DNA from: Minisyncoccota bacterium
GTDB lineage: Bacteria > Verrucomicrobiota > Verrucomicrobiia > Limisphaerales > UBA8199
Reading direction: 5' to 3'
DNA length: 64,000 bases
NCBI GenBank assembly: GCA_035452965.1
Contig: DAOTCE010000006.1
Span: 39,404 to 103,403, forward strand
Of the stretch, positions 48,146-57,373 are shown piece after piece. The translations under genes and the position numbers were made by a program. The first letter of the stretch is position 1, and each line of letters opens with the position of its first letter. The notes beneath the pieces were generated by a model that worked only from the letters and a program-made list of their open reading frames with translations, did no database searches and was not told the DNA's origin.

Positions 48146-51100
48146 ATGGCATCAATGACGCCCAGAGGGTTGATTCTCCTCCTCGGCACGGCACTGGTGA
48201 CGCTGCCGGAAGCGAACTTGGCCCAGGAACCCTCGAGCTGGGCAACTCAATGGCGTGTTTGCAGGATGACCGATGGTTTGCCTGAATCCGCCTGCATTTC
48301 AGTTGCTCTTTCACCGCAAGGGAGAATCCTGGCCCGCCACCCCAGGTCCGGATCTGTAAGTGAACTCGATGGCTATGCAACCCATATCATCCCCTCCCCT
48401 GGGCAGGGTAGCAGCCGCGTTTACCAGAGCCCCGGCGGCCAACTCTGGACGGTCGCCTCCCACGGCCTGCAAGAGTTCCGAAGTGGTAAGTGGGTGCTGC
48501 ATCCCACGTCGGAAATCGCCGCCGCGTTCCGTGAACGCATCCTGCGAGTCAATAATCCGATACCGCTGTGCCCAGCCCGCCAAGGTTTCGTGCTGATTCT
48601 CCTTCCGGACCACCTGCTCGAATTCAACACCGAGGACCCAGAGCATCCCCGGACCCAAGTCCTGCTCGCAGCGGCGCAAACGCAGCTCGGGGAATTCTCG
48701 ACAATGACACTGGCGCGCGATGGTGGCCTGTGGATCACCGGAACGCGCGGGCTGCTCAAAATGCCGGGCCCAGTTAGGAATTTGAAAGCGGGAACCGCGT
48801 GGCACCAATACCTGCTGCCTGAGGCATTGCAGGGCATGAATCTGCAGGAACCGCACGAGAATGAAGCGGGGGGTGTGACCATGCTGGCCGAGTCCTCGGC
48901 AAGCCAGCTGAAGCGCCTGGTCCAGTGGGACGGCCAGCATTGGAGTGCGCAGGCCATCCCGGTTGAAGGCGCGCGGCACGCCTGGTGCAGCGCGAACAAG
49001 ACCTGTTGGGCCGTAACGACTGATTCACTGTTCAAATGGGAAGCAGGCACTCGGGAAGCGATTCCGGCCGAAAGAGCGCCCGGTCGCCGATACTACGACC
49101 TTGCAATCGAGCCTGGCGGCGCGTTTTGGCTGGCAACCTCTGATGGACTGTTCCGCTATGCTCCGCATACATGGAGAACCCCTGCTTTCGCTGAGCGGCT
49201 CGATTCTCCCGTCCACCACCTGACGGGGGGCGAAGCCGACAGGTTTTGGTTTGTCGTGGGCACCGGGCTACACCTCGTGCAAAATGGTCATCATCAGGAG
49301 TTTCCTTTGCCGGCTGAGGCTCTGACCAATCTTCCAAACCTCCGCGCCCTGTACCCGTTGAAGAATGGTAGTCTGCTCCTGCAAGCGGGGGAACAGTGCC
49401 TTCAATTTCCACCTGACACCCGCACGTTTGATACCGTCGTCCATGAACCTCCCGCAACGTCACTCAAGCCGCTGGGGTTGCTGAGAGACGGAAGATTATG
49501 CGTCCAAACCCTCACCGCTGGCGCGCCTGTGCAGAGTCACCGGTTGGAGGCGTACGATGGGGCCCGGTTTGAAGCGATGGCCGTGCCATTGCACGAGCTG
49601 TTGCCGGGCAGCAATCTGTCGAGTTTCTTCACCGCGCAGAACGGCGACCTTTGGTTGGGCGGCGACCGCGGCACGGCGTGGTTTCACGAGCAGAAATGGC
49701 GAACAATCGTCTCCACCGACCAAAGCAGTCCAGAATCGGTCGTTGGTTTCGCCGAACTGGCAGACGGGAAGATCTGGTGTGCCACATCCGACAAAGTGTG
49801 GGTGTTTGATGGCCGGACGTGGTCCGCCGTGCGAGTAGGATTCGACCGTATCAACGCATTTGTCAGTGCACGCGACGGATGCTTGTGGGTGGCCACCGAA
49901 AGCGGGTTGTCTCGCAACTTCCGAGGCGCATGGGTTGAGAATGGGATTGAGGACGGTTTGCCCAGCGCCGCGGTACGGGACATCCTCGAAGATCCGCGCG
50001 GCCGAATCTGGGCCGCCACCACGCGTGGATTGAGCTTGTACTATCCGGAGGCAGACCCCGCTCCGCCTGACACTGAGGTACAAGTAGTAACGGGCAACGC
50101 GCAGAGAATTCCCGAGGGGGGCAGTATCACGCTGTCGTTCAGCGGAAAGGACAAATGGAATCATACATCCCGCCAACGTCTGCTCTACTCTTACCGTCTG
50201 GACGAACACGAATGGTCGACATTTCAGGAGGAGAGGAACGTTTCCTTTGTGGATTTGGCGGGCGGCAAGCACTACTTCCAAGTGCGCGCCATGGACCGCA
50301 ACTGTAACGTGGATCCAACTCCCGCCCGGCTGGACTTTCTGGTCATCCTGCCGTGGTACAAGGAGTCCCGTGCGGTGATTTTTGCCATTCTCGGATTGGT
50401 AGTGGCGCTCTTCTTCGCCAGCTTGGCCTTCAACAGCCATCGCCAACTGCTCCGGAGTTACGCGGAAGTGGAACGGGAGGTGGCGCAACGCACACGGGAA
50501 CTCGAGCTCGCCAACCGCCAATTGCTGCACAGCCAGAAAATGAACGCACTGGGCACCCTCGCCGCGGGTATTGCTCACGACTTCAACAACATCCTGTCCA
50601 TTATCAAAGGGTCCGCCCAAATCATTGAAGACAATCCGGGCGATCCGCAGAAGGTGAGCACCCGCGTGGACCGCATCAAGACGGTCGTCGAGCAGGGAGC
50701 CGGTATTGTCAAAGCCATGCTCGGCTTCAGCCGCCAAGCCGCCGAACAGCCAGCCCCGTGCGACTTGAATGCGGTCCTGGAGGACTCCGTCAAGCTGTTG
50801 GGCGACCGGTTCTTGCGCGAGGTGCAGATTACTCTCGAACACGCTTCCGCCCTGCCCGAGGTAACTTGCTCCAGGGACCTGGTCCAGCAAGTGTTACTGA
50901 ACTTCATCTTCAACGCCGCGGAATCCATGACCCAACGCAAGCAAATCCGCCTGGCCACGCGGCGGATGGAAAAGCCGGCAGCGAATCCGGTTTTGGCACC
51001 CGCGCCCGCAGCAGAGTATGTTGCGGTGTCGGTCCAGGACGCTGGCTCTGGCATTACTCCCGAGAACCTGCCGCGCATCTTCGAGCCTTTCTTTACCACA

Positions 51101-51262
51101 AAGGCCTTTTCTGCGCGGCGCGGGACGGGGCTCGGCCTCTCGATGGTCTATGAACTGGCCAGGAAGATGGAAGCCGGCCTCGCGGTAGAGTCAACCGTGG
51201 GCCAAGGCAGCACCTTTACGTTGATCCTGCCGGTGAGGAATAAAGCCACAGCTAAGCCCTGA
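48146..51262 (+). CDS. sensor histidine kinase with periplasmic two-component-regulator propeller / Y_Y_Y domains
   Basis: 1038 aa. Signal peptide. Repeated beta-propeller blades (GGLWITGTRGL, DGCLWVATESGLS, GRIWAATTRGLSLY). Y_Y_Y-like segment (YSYRLDEHEWS...HYFQVRAMD). TM helix. H-box AAGIAHDFNNILSII. HATPase blocks. Confidence 0.9.
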   Translation: MASMTPRGLILLLGTALVTLPEANLAQEPSSWATQWRVCRMTDGLPESACISVALSPQGRILARHPRSGSVSELDGYATHIIPSPGQGSSRVYQSPGGQLWTVASHGLQEFRSGKWVLHPTSEIAAAFRERILRVNNPIPLCPARQGFVLILLPDHLLEFNTEDPEHPRTQVLLAAAQTQLGEFSTMTLARDGGLWITGTRGLLKMPGPVRNLKAGTAWHQYLLPEALQGMNLQEPHENEAGGVTMLAESSASQLKRLVQWDGQHWSAQAIPVEGARHAWCSANKTCWAVTTDSLFKWEAGTREAIPAERAPGRRYYDLAIEPGGAFWLATSDGLFRYAPHTWRTPAFAERLDSPVHHLTGGEADRFWFVVGTGLHLVQNGHHQEFPLPAEALTNLPNLRALYPLKNGSLLLQAGEQCLQFPPDTRTFDTVVHEPPATSLKPLGLLRDGRLCVQTLTAGAPVQSHRLEAYDGARFEAMAVPLHELLPGSNLSSFFTAQNGDLWLGGDRGTAWFHEQKWRTIVSTDQSSPESVVGFAELADGKIWCATSDKVWVFDGRTWSAVRVGFDRINAFVSARDGCLWVATESGLSRNFRGAWVENGIEDGLPSAAVRDILEDPRGRIWAATTRGLSLYYPEADPAPPDTEVQVVTGNAQRIPEGGSITLSFSGKDKWNHTSRQRLLYSYRLDEHEWSTFQEERNVSFVDLAGGKHYFQVRAMDRNCNVDPTPARLDFLVILPWYKESRAVIFAILGLVVALFFASLAFNSHRQLLRSYAEVEREVAQRTRELELANRQLLHSQKMNALGTLAAGIAHDFNNILSIIKGSAQIIEDNPGDPQKVSTRVDRIKTVVEQGAGIVKAMLGFSRQAAEQPAPCDLNAVLEDSVKLLGDRFLREVQITLEHASALPEVTCSRDLVQQVLLNFIFNAAESMTQRKQIRLATRRMEKPAANPVLAPAPAAEYVAVSVQDAGSGITPENLPRIFEPFFTTKAFSARRGTGLGLSMVYELARKMEAGLAVESTVGQGSTFTLILPVRNKATAKP

Positions 51263-51295
51263 CGATCATAGACTCTGCTGGCCAGGCTACCGCCT

Positions 51296-51943
51296 ATGCA
51301 AACACCAACAATCCTGATTGTTGAAGACGACGACCTTCAATACGAGATATACGAGGAGGCGCTCAGCAAGTACGAACTGACCCGGGTCAGGAACGGCAGC
51401 GAAGCCCTGGCCCAAATCCCGGGCAATCGGCCTGACCTCCTGATTCTTGACCATGTCCTCTCCGAGGGCGAGCTGGGATTGGAATTCCTGCCAGCTCTAA
51501 AAGAACTGCTGCCATTCGTGCCCGTCATCATCGTCTCGGGCGCGTTGGAAGTGCACCAGCAACTGCAGGCGCTGCAAGGGCCACGTCGCGCCCATTACTG
51601 CCTGACCAAGCCTGTGGACATCCACACGCTCAAGCGCACGGTCGAAACCGCCCTAAAGGAATGTGGCGAGTATGAAGCGGTGCGCCAACTCGAAGCCCTG
51701 GAACGCTCGCACCGCGTTGACGCTCTCGATCTGTTCAGCCGCTCGACCGACCGGCTCAGCCGCCAGCACCGCATGCTCGAACTGGTAGGCAAATCCCGTC
51801 AGCGGCCCAACATATCGGCCCTTGCCCGCGAATTCGGCGTTGCCCGGCGCACGATCATTCGCGATCTTCAGGAGTTGATTCGCCGCGGACAGATCAAACC
51901 CGAAGTGTACCCGGACTGGGAGAACCCTTCCGCGGAGGAATAG
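51296..51943 (+). CDS. response regulator: receiver domain + DeoR-like HTH
   Basis: ILIVEDDD...PDLLILDHVL receiver. C-terminal ISALAREFGVARRTIIRDLQELIRRGQI helix-turn-helix. Starts 33 nt after the kinase gene. Confidence 0.85.
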   Translation: MQTPTILIVEDDDLQYEIYEEALSKYELTRVRNGSEALAQIPGNRPDLLILDHVLSEGELGLEFLPALKELLPFVPVIIVSGALEVHQQLQALQGPRRAHYCLTKPVDIHTLKRTVETALKECGEYEAVRQLEALERSHRVDALDLFSRSTDRLSRQHRMLELVGKSRQRPNISALAREFGVARRTIIRDLQELIRRGQIKPEVYPDWENPSAEE

Positions 51944-51956
51944 ATTCGCAGCCAGT

Positions 51957-54239
51957 ATGTATGGAGTTGTTCTTGCCGTTCTAACTGTTCTTCGTTGCAG
52001 CAGCGCGGACGCTGCGGTGCCGGAGACAAACCTCGTCGCAAACCCGGGTTTCGAGCAACCCGCTAATCCGGATGGCTTGCCTTCCGGCGGCTGGTGGCTG
52101 TATTCGGCACAAGCCGACACGCAGGTCAAGTCGGACCAGGCCGGTCCACGCAAAGGCAAATACTCGGTTGCCCTCCAGGCCCACGCTCGCGCTAAATCTG
52201 TGTTGGTGAGCGCGCCCTTCCCGGTTGCCCCGGGTGATGAACTCCGATTCGAAACGTGGGTACGTGCTGAGTGCACCCAGCCCAGTTCGAACCGGGCATT
52301 CGCCGGAATCGCATTTCGTAACCGCGAAGGCGGGGTCTTCAAACGTGACTACTTTGCGGTGGAAGCTGTCGGTAACGCCTGGTCGAAGATTACCGGGACT
52401 GCGCAGTCCCCACATGGTGTATCCGCCGCCGAAGTGCATTTGGGTTACACCAACTCCCCAGGCATGTTGTGGTTCGATGACATCGTGGCGACCATCACCA
52501 GCCCCGTATCATTTTCACTTGCCAAAGGCCCTGAGCCGTGGGCGGGACAGCAGGACATTACTGTGCTGGCAGCCAATCGGCAGACCAGCCGCTTTGAGGG
52601 CAGCATTCATGTTGTGGTGGGAAAGCAGCATCAGAACTTGCCGGTGACATTGGAGCCAGAAACAAGCCGACAGGTTACAGTGCCTGTCACACTCAATGGT
52701 GTTGGCGCCCACAATTATGCCTTGTGTCTGCTCGACTCGACCGGCACCCCCCTGCGCGAGCTGAAGGGCAAGTTCCAAACCAAGGCGCCCCTCGCGCTCT
52801 ATCCAGCTTGCCCATGTTATCACACGGTGGGCAACGGTAAGGGCGACACGCGCGTCGAAGCCCGCGTTAATCTGAATCCCGCCAAACGGTCCGGCCTATT
52901 TCTGGTCGTTGAGGTCACGGACGCCGGTGGCAAGCAGATCCAAACGGCAACCGCGGATGCTTCCCAAGGCGATGACGTGGGACTGAATGTTCAGCTGCCC
53001 ATCCAGGCATCCGGCGTGTTCGAGATTGTCGCGCGTCTGCGAGACGGCGCAGGAAAGGAAATCGCCCGGGCATCCACCGATGTCCATGTCAGCCCGCGGG
53101 CTGCATCCGTTGTCACCATTGGCTCAGACGGGTTTCTCCGCATCGAAGGCAAACCGCACTTCCCGATCGGCCTCTATAGTAGCGGCCGCTATGAAGAGCT
53201 CGGCCAGGCTGGGTTCACCGCGACTCACAACTACGGCATCACCACCGGTGAAGCCACGGACCCAATCAACCCCAATGAATCTCAGGTCAAGCAACTCCTC
53301 GACCGATCGTGGTCCAACGGCATGCGGATGATGGTCGAACTGCCACGCAAGGCCATCGAGATAGGCGAGTGGCAGCAGATCCGTCGCCGCATTGAGACGT
53401 TTCGGCATCACCCCGGCCTGCTCTGTTGGGGCTCCGAAGAACGCGTAGCGCGCGGCGTGGCGCCGCTCTCCCACATCGCCGCCCTCTACCGCCTGGTTCA
53501 TAAGTTAGACCCCAACCATCCGTTGGTCCTGGGCGATACGCGGGACGCGATCCAGAAACTGCAGGAGGACCGTCGCGACTTCTTTCCCGATGCCTGCATG
53601 GACATTGGTATTTGGTGGTGGTATCCAATCCCGCTGAAGGGGCCTGACGGCAACGGCCTCGAAGAGCGCAACAAACCGGCGGGAGTGCTGCAGCCGCCTT
53701 CCTGGCTCACCACCACGCACTCCAAAAAGCCGCTTTGGATCGCCATTCAATCCTACCAGCACCCGCGTCTCGACGCCCGCTTCCCGACCCCTGCCGAATA
53801 CCGCTGCATGGCCTACCTGAGCATCATTAACGGCGTCAAGGGTCTGTGGTTCTACACCGGCTCCGGCCAGCGAGATTACTATGGAAAACCCGCAGGACTG
53901 CTGAACAAGCCGAATGAAGCCCATTGGGATTACGTTCAGAAGCTGGTCCGCGAACTGCGCGAGGTCAGCCCCATCGTTATGTCTCCCGCGTCCAAATACA
54001 AATTGACCATTTCACCCGCCGATGCGCCGGTGGAGTTCGCCCTTCGTGAGTCCAACGGCAAGCTCTATCTCATCGCTGCCAACAAAGCCAGCCGCGTGCA
54101 TAAGGTGCAATTCCGCGGTGATGTTCTGGCGTCGCGGCAGGCAACGGTCCTTTACGAGACTCATCCGGCCGCCGTTCAAGCCGATTCGCTTGCAGACGTT
54201 TTCAGCGCCTTTGCTGTACGTGTGTACGAGCTTGAATAG
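51957..54239 (+). CDS. secreted CBM-like + TIM-barrel glycoside-hydrolase-like protein (hypothetical)
   Basis: 760 aa. Signal peptide MYGVVLAVLTVLRCSSADA. N-terminal NLVANPGFEQ...MLWFDDIV jelly-roll (CBM4_9-like). Ig-like spacers. C-terminal barrel-like region (FPIGLYSS...THNYG...CWGSEER). Confidence 0.7.
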   Translation: MYGVVLAVLTVLRCSSADAAVPETNLVANPGFEQPANPDGLPSGGWWLYSAQADTQVKSDQAGPRKGKYSVALQAHARAKSVLVSAPFPVAPGDELRFETWVRAECTQPSSNRAFAGIAFRNREGGVFKRDYFAVEAVGNAWSKITGTAQSPHGVSAAEVHLGYTNSPGMLWFDDIVATITSPVSFSLAKGPEPWAGQQDITVLAANRQTSRFEGSIHVVVGKQHQNLPVTLEPETSRQVTVPVTLNGVGAHNYALCLLDSTGTPLRELKGKFQTKAPLALYPACPCYHTVGNGKGDTRVEARVNLNPAKRSGLFLVVEVTDAGGKQIQTATADASQGDDVGLNVQLPIQASGVFEIVARLRDGAGKEIARASTDVHVSPRAASVVTIGSDGFLRIEGKPHFPIGLYSSGRYEELGQAGFTATHNYGITTGEATDPINPNESQVKQLLDRSWSNGMRMMVELPRKAIEIGEWQQIRRRIETFRHHPGLLCWGSEERVARGVAPLSHIAALYRLVHKLDPNHPLVLGDTRDAIQKLQEDRRDFFPDACMDIGIWWWYPIPLKGPDGNGLEERNKPAGVLQPPSWLTTTHSKKPLWIAIQSYQHPRLDARFPTPAEYRCMAYLSIINGVKGLWFYTGSGQRDYYGKPAGLLNKPNEAHWDYVQKLVRELREVSPIVMSPASKYKLTISPADAPVEFALRESNGKLYLIAANKASRVHKVQFRGDVLASRQATVLYETHPAAVQADSLADVFSAFAVRVYELE

Positions 54240-54274
54240 GCGAGCCGGCTCTTCAATGCGGCTTGGGCCGGTTG

Positions 54275-55132
54275 TCACCCACCCGAAGTCGCCAACGCCT
54301 TCTCGGGGCCTTCCACAACTCTCAAACCTGCTATCTTGTTGACCGAGCCGCGCCCCTCGCAGAAGATTAAGCTCTGGTAGCCCGCCAAGCGGAGGCCCTT
54401 TATCAGGTCTCCAAGGTTCTTCAACCAATTGAGTCTTTTCGTCTCATCGAGCGCGGACCCAGCGCTGGCATCGGTGCTGTGATAGTGAAACCTGGGGAGC
54501 ACTATAATCATCAGCTCTCGCCGAGGCTGCTTTGCCGCCGCGTTGAGCACTTCCGCGCTCGTGAGAGGTGTATAAAATGCATGCCTGGGCAATACTTCCT
54601 TTTCGGCCGGCTTCACCACGTAACTCGTGCGGTCGTCGCTGTAACGAACGATGAAATCGGCCCGGCTAACTTCCTCCGGGGTAATGACGCGAAAGCTCTG
54701 CGGAGGCTGCGGAGGCACTCCAGCCCTGCCCGTCAACAATACTTGCGCCTTGTCAGCCCCACTCAGGACAATTGCGCTGGTGTTTGTGCCTGGTGCCGCG
54801 GGTTGGTAACGCACACTCAAGGTTTTGCCTTGGCCGCTCTTTAGCGAGTATGTGGCATCCTTGATGGCAAACGGACCAGTCACACTGGCCGTTCCATTGA
54901 GCACACCTCCTCCCACATTCCAAATCCTCACAGTGAGATCCTTGGAGCCCTGCACCCTTACCGCACCGAAATCCAGTGCCCGGGTTGACACTGCGACTTG
55001 CGGACCGCCAGTGCCCGAACTTCCCCGCAAATCTGTGTCGGCACGCGAATAGACTGGAGTCCATGCAACTGAGAATCCCAACGCCAACAGCCGCAAAAGA
55101 AACAATGTCCTGCCTAACGTCATCCGTTTCAT
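54275..55132 (-). CDS. secreted hypothetical protein with ASH/HYDIN-like beta-sandwich
   Basis: ORF to 55210. ATG 55132 gives MKRMTLGRTLFLLRLLALGFSVAWT. LDFGAVRVQGSKDLTVRIWNVGGGVLNGTASVTGPFAI...LSVRYQP resembles PapD-like/ASH domains. Confidence 0.7.
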   Translation of the reverse strand: MKRMTLGRTLFLLRLLALGFSVAWTPVYSRADTDLRGSSGTGGPQVAVSTRALDFGAVRVQGSKDLTVRIWNVGGGVLNGTASVTGPFAIKDATYSLKSGQGKTLSVRYQPAAPGTNTSAIVLSGADKAQVLLTGRAGVPPQPPQSFRVITPEEVSRADFIVRYSDDRTSYVVKPAEKEVLPRHAFYTPLTSAEVLNAAAKQPRRELMIIVLPRFHYHSTDASAGSALDETKRLNWLKNLGDLIKGLRLAGYQSLIFCEGRGSVNKIAGLRVVEGPEKALATSGG

Positions 55133-55142
55133 GCCTTTAACC

Positions 55143-55177
55143 TCAGAGGCTGCACGCTGCCCGATTGCAGCCTCTGA
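55143..55177 (-). promoter_or_regulatory. 12-bp-stem hairpin in the 5' leader of the 54275-55132 gene
   Basis: TCAGAGGCTGCA-(11 nt)-TGCAGCCTCTGA. The near arm ends 11 nt upstream of the ATG, directly abutting the GAGG Shine-Dalgarno. Confidence 0.25.
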
Positions 55178-55358
55178 CAAGACCTTCCAATTAGATTGTG
55201 GAGGCAGCAACCCGAACTATTACGGATAGGCCATCCGGAAAACTACGGAAGACACTGCCCGACATCTGCCGCCTCAAGCGCCGTGCCCGGATGCAGACGC
55301 CCGGCAAGGACAGGGGCGGTGCAGCCTTAGCGGTGTAGATGATCTCGTTCGGCATTTC

Positions 55359-55457
55359 GAAGAACCTCTGGATATCCGCGTTCAAAGTGGAGGCGGGGAC
55401 ATAGACTTGGGCGTCGCCGGTCCAACCCATGCGCTCATCGCGTTGGGGACAATCGGC
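55359..55457 (-). pseudogene. alpha-L-rhamnosidase (GH78) gene remnant
   Basis: The minus-strand frame reads DCPQRDERMGWTGDAQVYVPASTLNADIQRFF. This matches the conserved start of the GH78 catalytic domain. Only ~35 codons remain, and they are flanked by repeat copy C. Confidence 0.45.
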
Positions 55458-55688
55458 GGGGCTCTCAATATTGGGACAGTGATGCTGGCTGACTGCCCTC
55501 TCCAGCACGCCCCCCCGCGCCCTTGGCTCGGCGATACAGTGGCGGCACGGCGGTGCTACGGTGTGCATCCCATGGGGAGCGCTCCCCATGGGATACACAC
55601 CGCAACCCGACCGCACTTACAAGGGATCTCCCAGCCATTTGCAGGCCAATGCCAGCGTGCGACCACCGGCACGGCATCGCCGTCCGTC
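55450..55688 (-). repeat. ~240-bp palindrome-containing intergenic repeat, copy C (inverted)
   Basis: The reverse complement aligns with copies A and B (GCCAGCGTGCGACCAC..., GGCGATAC.GTGGCGGCACGG.GGTGCTACGG...). 44-bp palindrome with one mismatch at 55559-55602. The end near 55450-55480 is degenerate. Confidence 0.65.
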
Positions 55689-55845
55689 TGACGGGGATGC
55701 TGGATATTAAAAGGGGAGTCCGGGAAGACGAATCGCCATCGTTGTCTCCCGCAAACTTGCGAAGAGCCTTGTTTATCTGTCTGCTTTAGAACTCCCCTGC
55801 TCCCGCGGTGAGGAAGGGAAATTGTCGCCCCCCCTCCCTCCAAGT

Positions 55846-57180
55846 CTACGAGCGGCGGAACAGGACGATCCGGTTGCTGTTGGTGCCCTTTGTCATGTTG
55901 TCCACGCCCCAGCAGTTGGCGGTCTTGGTGAATTGCTGGTCGTTAATGAGCACCAGCACCGGGTCCAGGCCGACAGCAACACCGCATGGCAGTACGGCTT
56001 CTTCGAGCCGGGTCTTGCCGGCATGGACCTCGCCCACTTCGAAAGCGACGTGACCGCCGGGCTTCAGAACACGATGCAACTCCTGGAAAACCTCGGTCAT
56101 GGCGGCCTGCCATAGTTCGAGTTTGCTGAGGACGGTGAGTCTCACGGAACGGGCGTCAAGGCCGAGGAACCAGCAGCGCAACCAATTGTCGGTAGCGTAG
56201 TCCACGACGTTGAGGAAAGGGGGCGAGGTAACTACCAGTGAGACGGATTGAGCGGCGATTTGAGGCGTTTGCGCCGCAGTTTGGGAGAGCAGGACTGCGT
56301 GGGGGGCCAACTCCGCGAGCACGCTGCGGGTCGCCGCGTCGCAGTCGCGCAGCAGCTTGCGGGTCTTTTTGAGAATGAGGCCGGGAACGTCGCGAAGAGG
56401 CGGGGTTTGCTTGCGGTCGGCGTTGATTTTGCGCTGCGATTTGACCGAGACGGCCTGGTTGGGCGGCAGGGTATAGACGGAGAAGAATCCCGGCGAATGA
56501 CCGGTGAGTCGGTTCAGCGCGATCAGGCAAATCCAGTCATCCACGGCATCGAGCGCGTTCGCGGCCCGCCGCGCGAGCAGGTATTGCTTGAGCGAGGCAA
56601 TGGCGAGGAGGGTATCGGGATGGAAGAAAACGAGAAGTTCTTCCGGAAATTCGTCGGCCGAGGCAAAGTCAATCTGCCGTAGGCGCTGTGCGACATCCAC
56701 AAGGCTCGGTGGGCACAAGCGCGGGCGGGTTAGGACGAGGCTAAGAGGATTAATGTCGCAACCGCACGGCAAGCGCCCCAGCAACGCTGCTTCCAGAACC
56801 GTGGTGCCACGCCCCATGAACGGGTCATACACAGTCTCACCCGGTTGCGTGAGGCGCTCGATAAAGAAGCGCGGTAATTGCGGCTTGAAACAGGCGCGAT
56901 AGGAAATCTCGTGAAGTGAACTGGCCTGGCGCTGCTTGGCGGTCCAGAATTCGTTGATGAAGACGGGGACCTCCAGGAGGCCGCCGGCGGCACCGGGGAT
57001 CCTGCTAACCAGCGTGCGGGTCTCTTGGCCGAATTCGCGGAAGTCAGCCAGTTCGTCCGCAAGTGGTCGGCCCGGGCCCCGCTTGCGGACGGGAGCGTAA
57101 TCCAAGGGCAGCTCGGGAGTATCGGCGCCGACCGCGGAGCAGGTCTTGTGAGCCAGAGGCTGCATTTGCTTGAGTAACAT
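55846..57180 (-). CDS. solitary DNA methyltransferase (N4-C/N6-A type)
   Basis: ORF from TTG 57207; first ATG at 57180. AdoMet motif I VYDPFMGRGTTVLEA lies ~200 aa before catalytic motif IV VVTSPPFLNVVDY. No nuclease or specificity gene is adjacent. Confidence 0.8.
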   Translation of the reverse strand: MLLKQMQPLAHKTCSAVGADTPELPLDYAPVRKRGPGRPLADELADFREFGQETRTLVSRIPGAAGGLLEVPVFINEFWTAKQRQASSLHEISYRACFKPQLPRFFIERLTQPGETVYDPFMGRGTTVLEAALLGRLPCGCDINPLSLVLTRPRLCPPSLVDVAQRLRQIDFASADEFPEELLVFFHPDTLLAIASLKQYLLARRAANALDAVDDWICLIALNRLTGHSPGFFSVYTLPPNQAVSVKSQRKINADRKQTPPLRDVPGLILKKTRKLLRDCDAATRSVLAELAPHAVLLSQTAAQTPQIAAQSVSLVVTSPPFLNVVDYATDNWLRCWFLGLDARSVRLTVLSKLELWQAAMTEVFQELHRVLKPGGHVAFEVGEVHAGKTRLEEAVLPCGVAVGLDPVLVLINDQQFTKTANCWGVDNMTKGTNSNRIVLFRRS

Positions 57181-57373
57181 GAGACCATCAGCGGCGGTGT
57201 TCGGCAAGCGGAGTTTGCGAGTTGGGGTGGTTCGGAGGGCGGAATTAAAGAAAAAAGCTCAAATTCAGGGCTTGCTAAGTCTCCGCACCAAGTCTAGGCT
57301 TTCCCCTCTTTTTGGGAAAACCCTAAAAGGCGGGCGGCCTGAATGTGGCCGACGCCAGAGAAATTGATTACTT

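Noticed and set aside
49496-50890. 464-aa antisense ORF inside the histidine kinase gene. Similar long antisense ORFs: 1251-2234, 6062-7060, 14902-15771, 24100-25035, 27005-28039, 32756-34066, 34888-35832, 39114-39875, 41634-42452 and 60882-62210.
   Set aside because: Each is fully nested opposite a gene with strong motif evidence. Their composition is Arg/Gly/Ala/Pro-heavy with no recognisable motifs, which is typical of stop-poor antisense frames in GC-rich DNA.
48146-51943. Kinase/regulator pair considered as a two-component-derived defence module (Detocs-like)
   Set aside because: The kinase has a periplasmic glycan-sensor-type propeller domain and the regulator has a DNA-binding output. 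There is no effector or buffer receiver gene. The context is carbohydrate-related.
55709-55797. GGGGAGT ... ACTCCCC inverted repeat followed by a T-run (minus-strand sense) downstream of the methyltransferase, as a possible terminator
   Set aside because: The arms are separated by ~70 nt and the stem is only 7 bp, so it is not a canonical intrinsic terminator.
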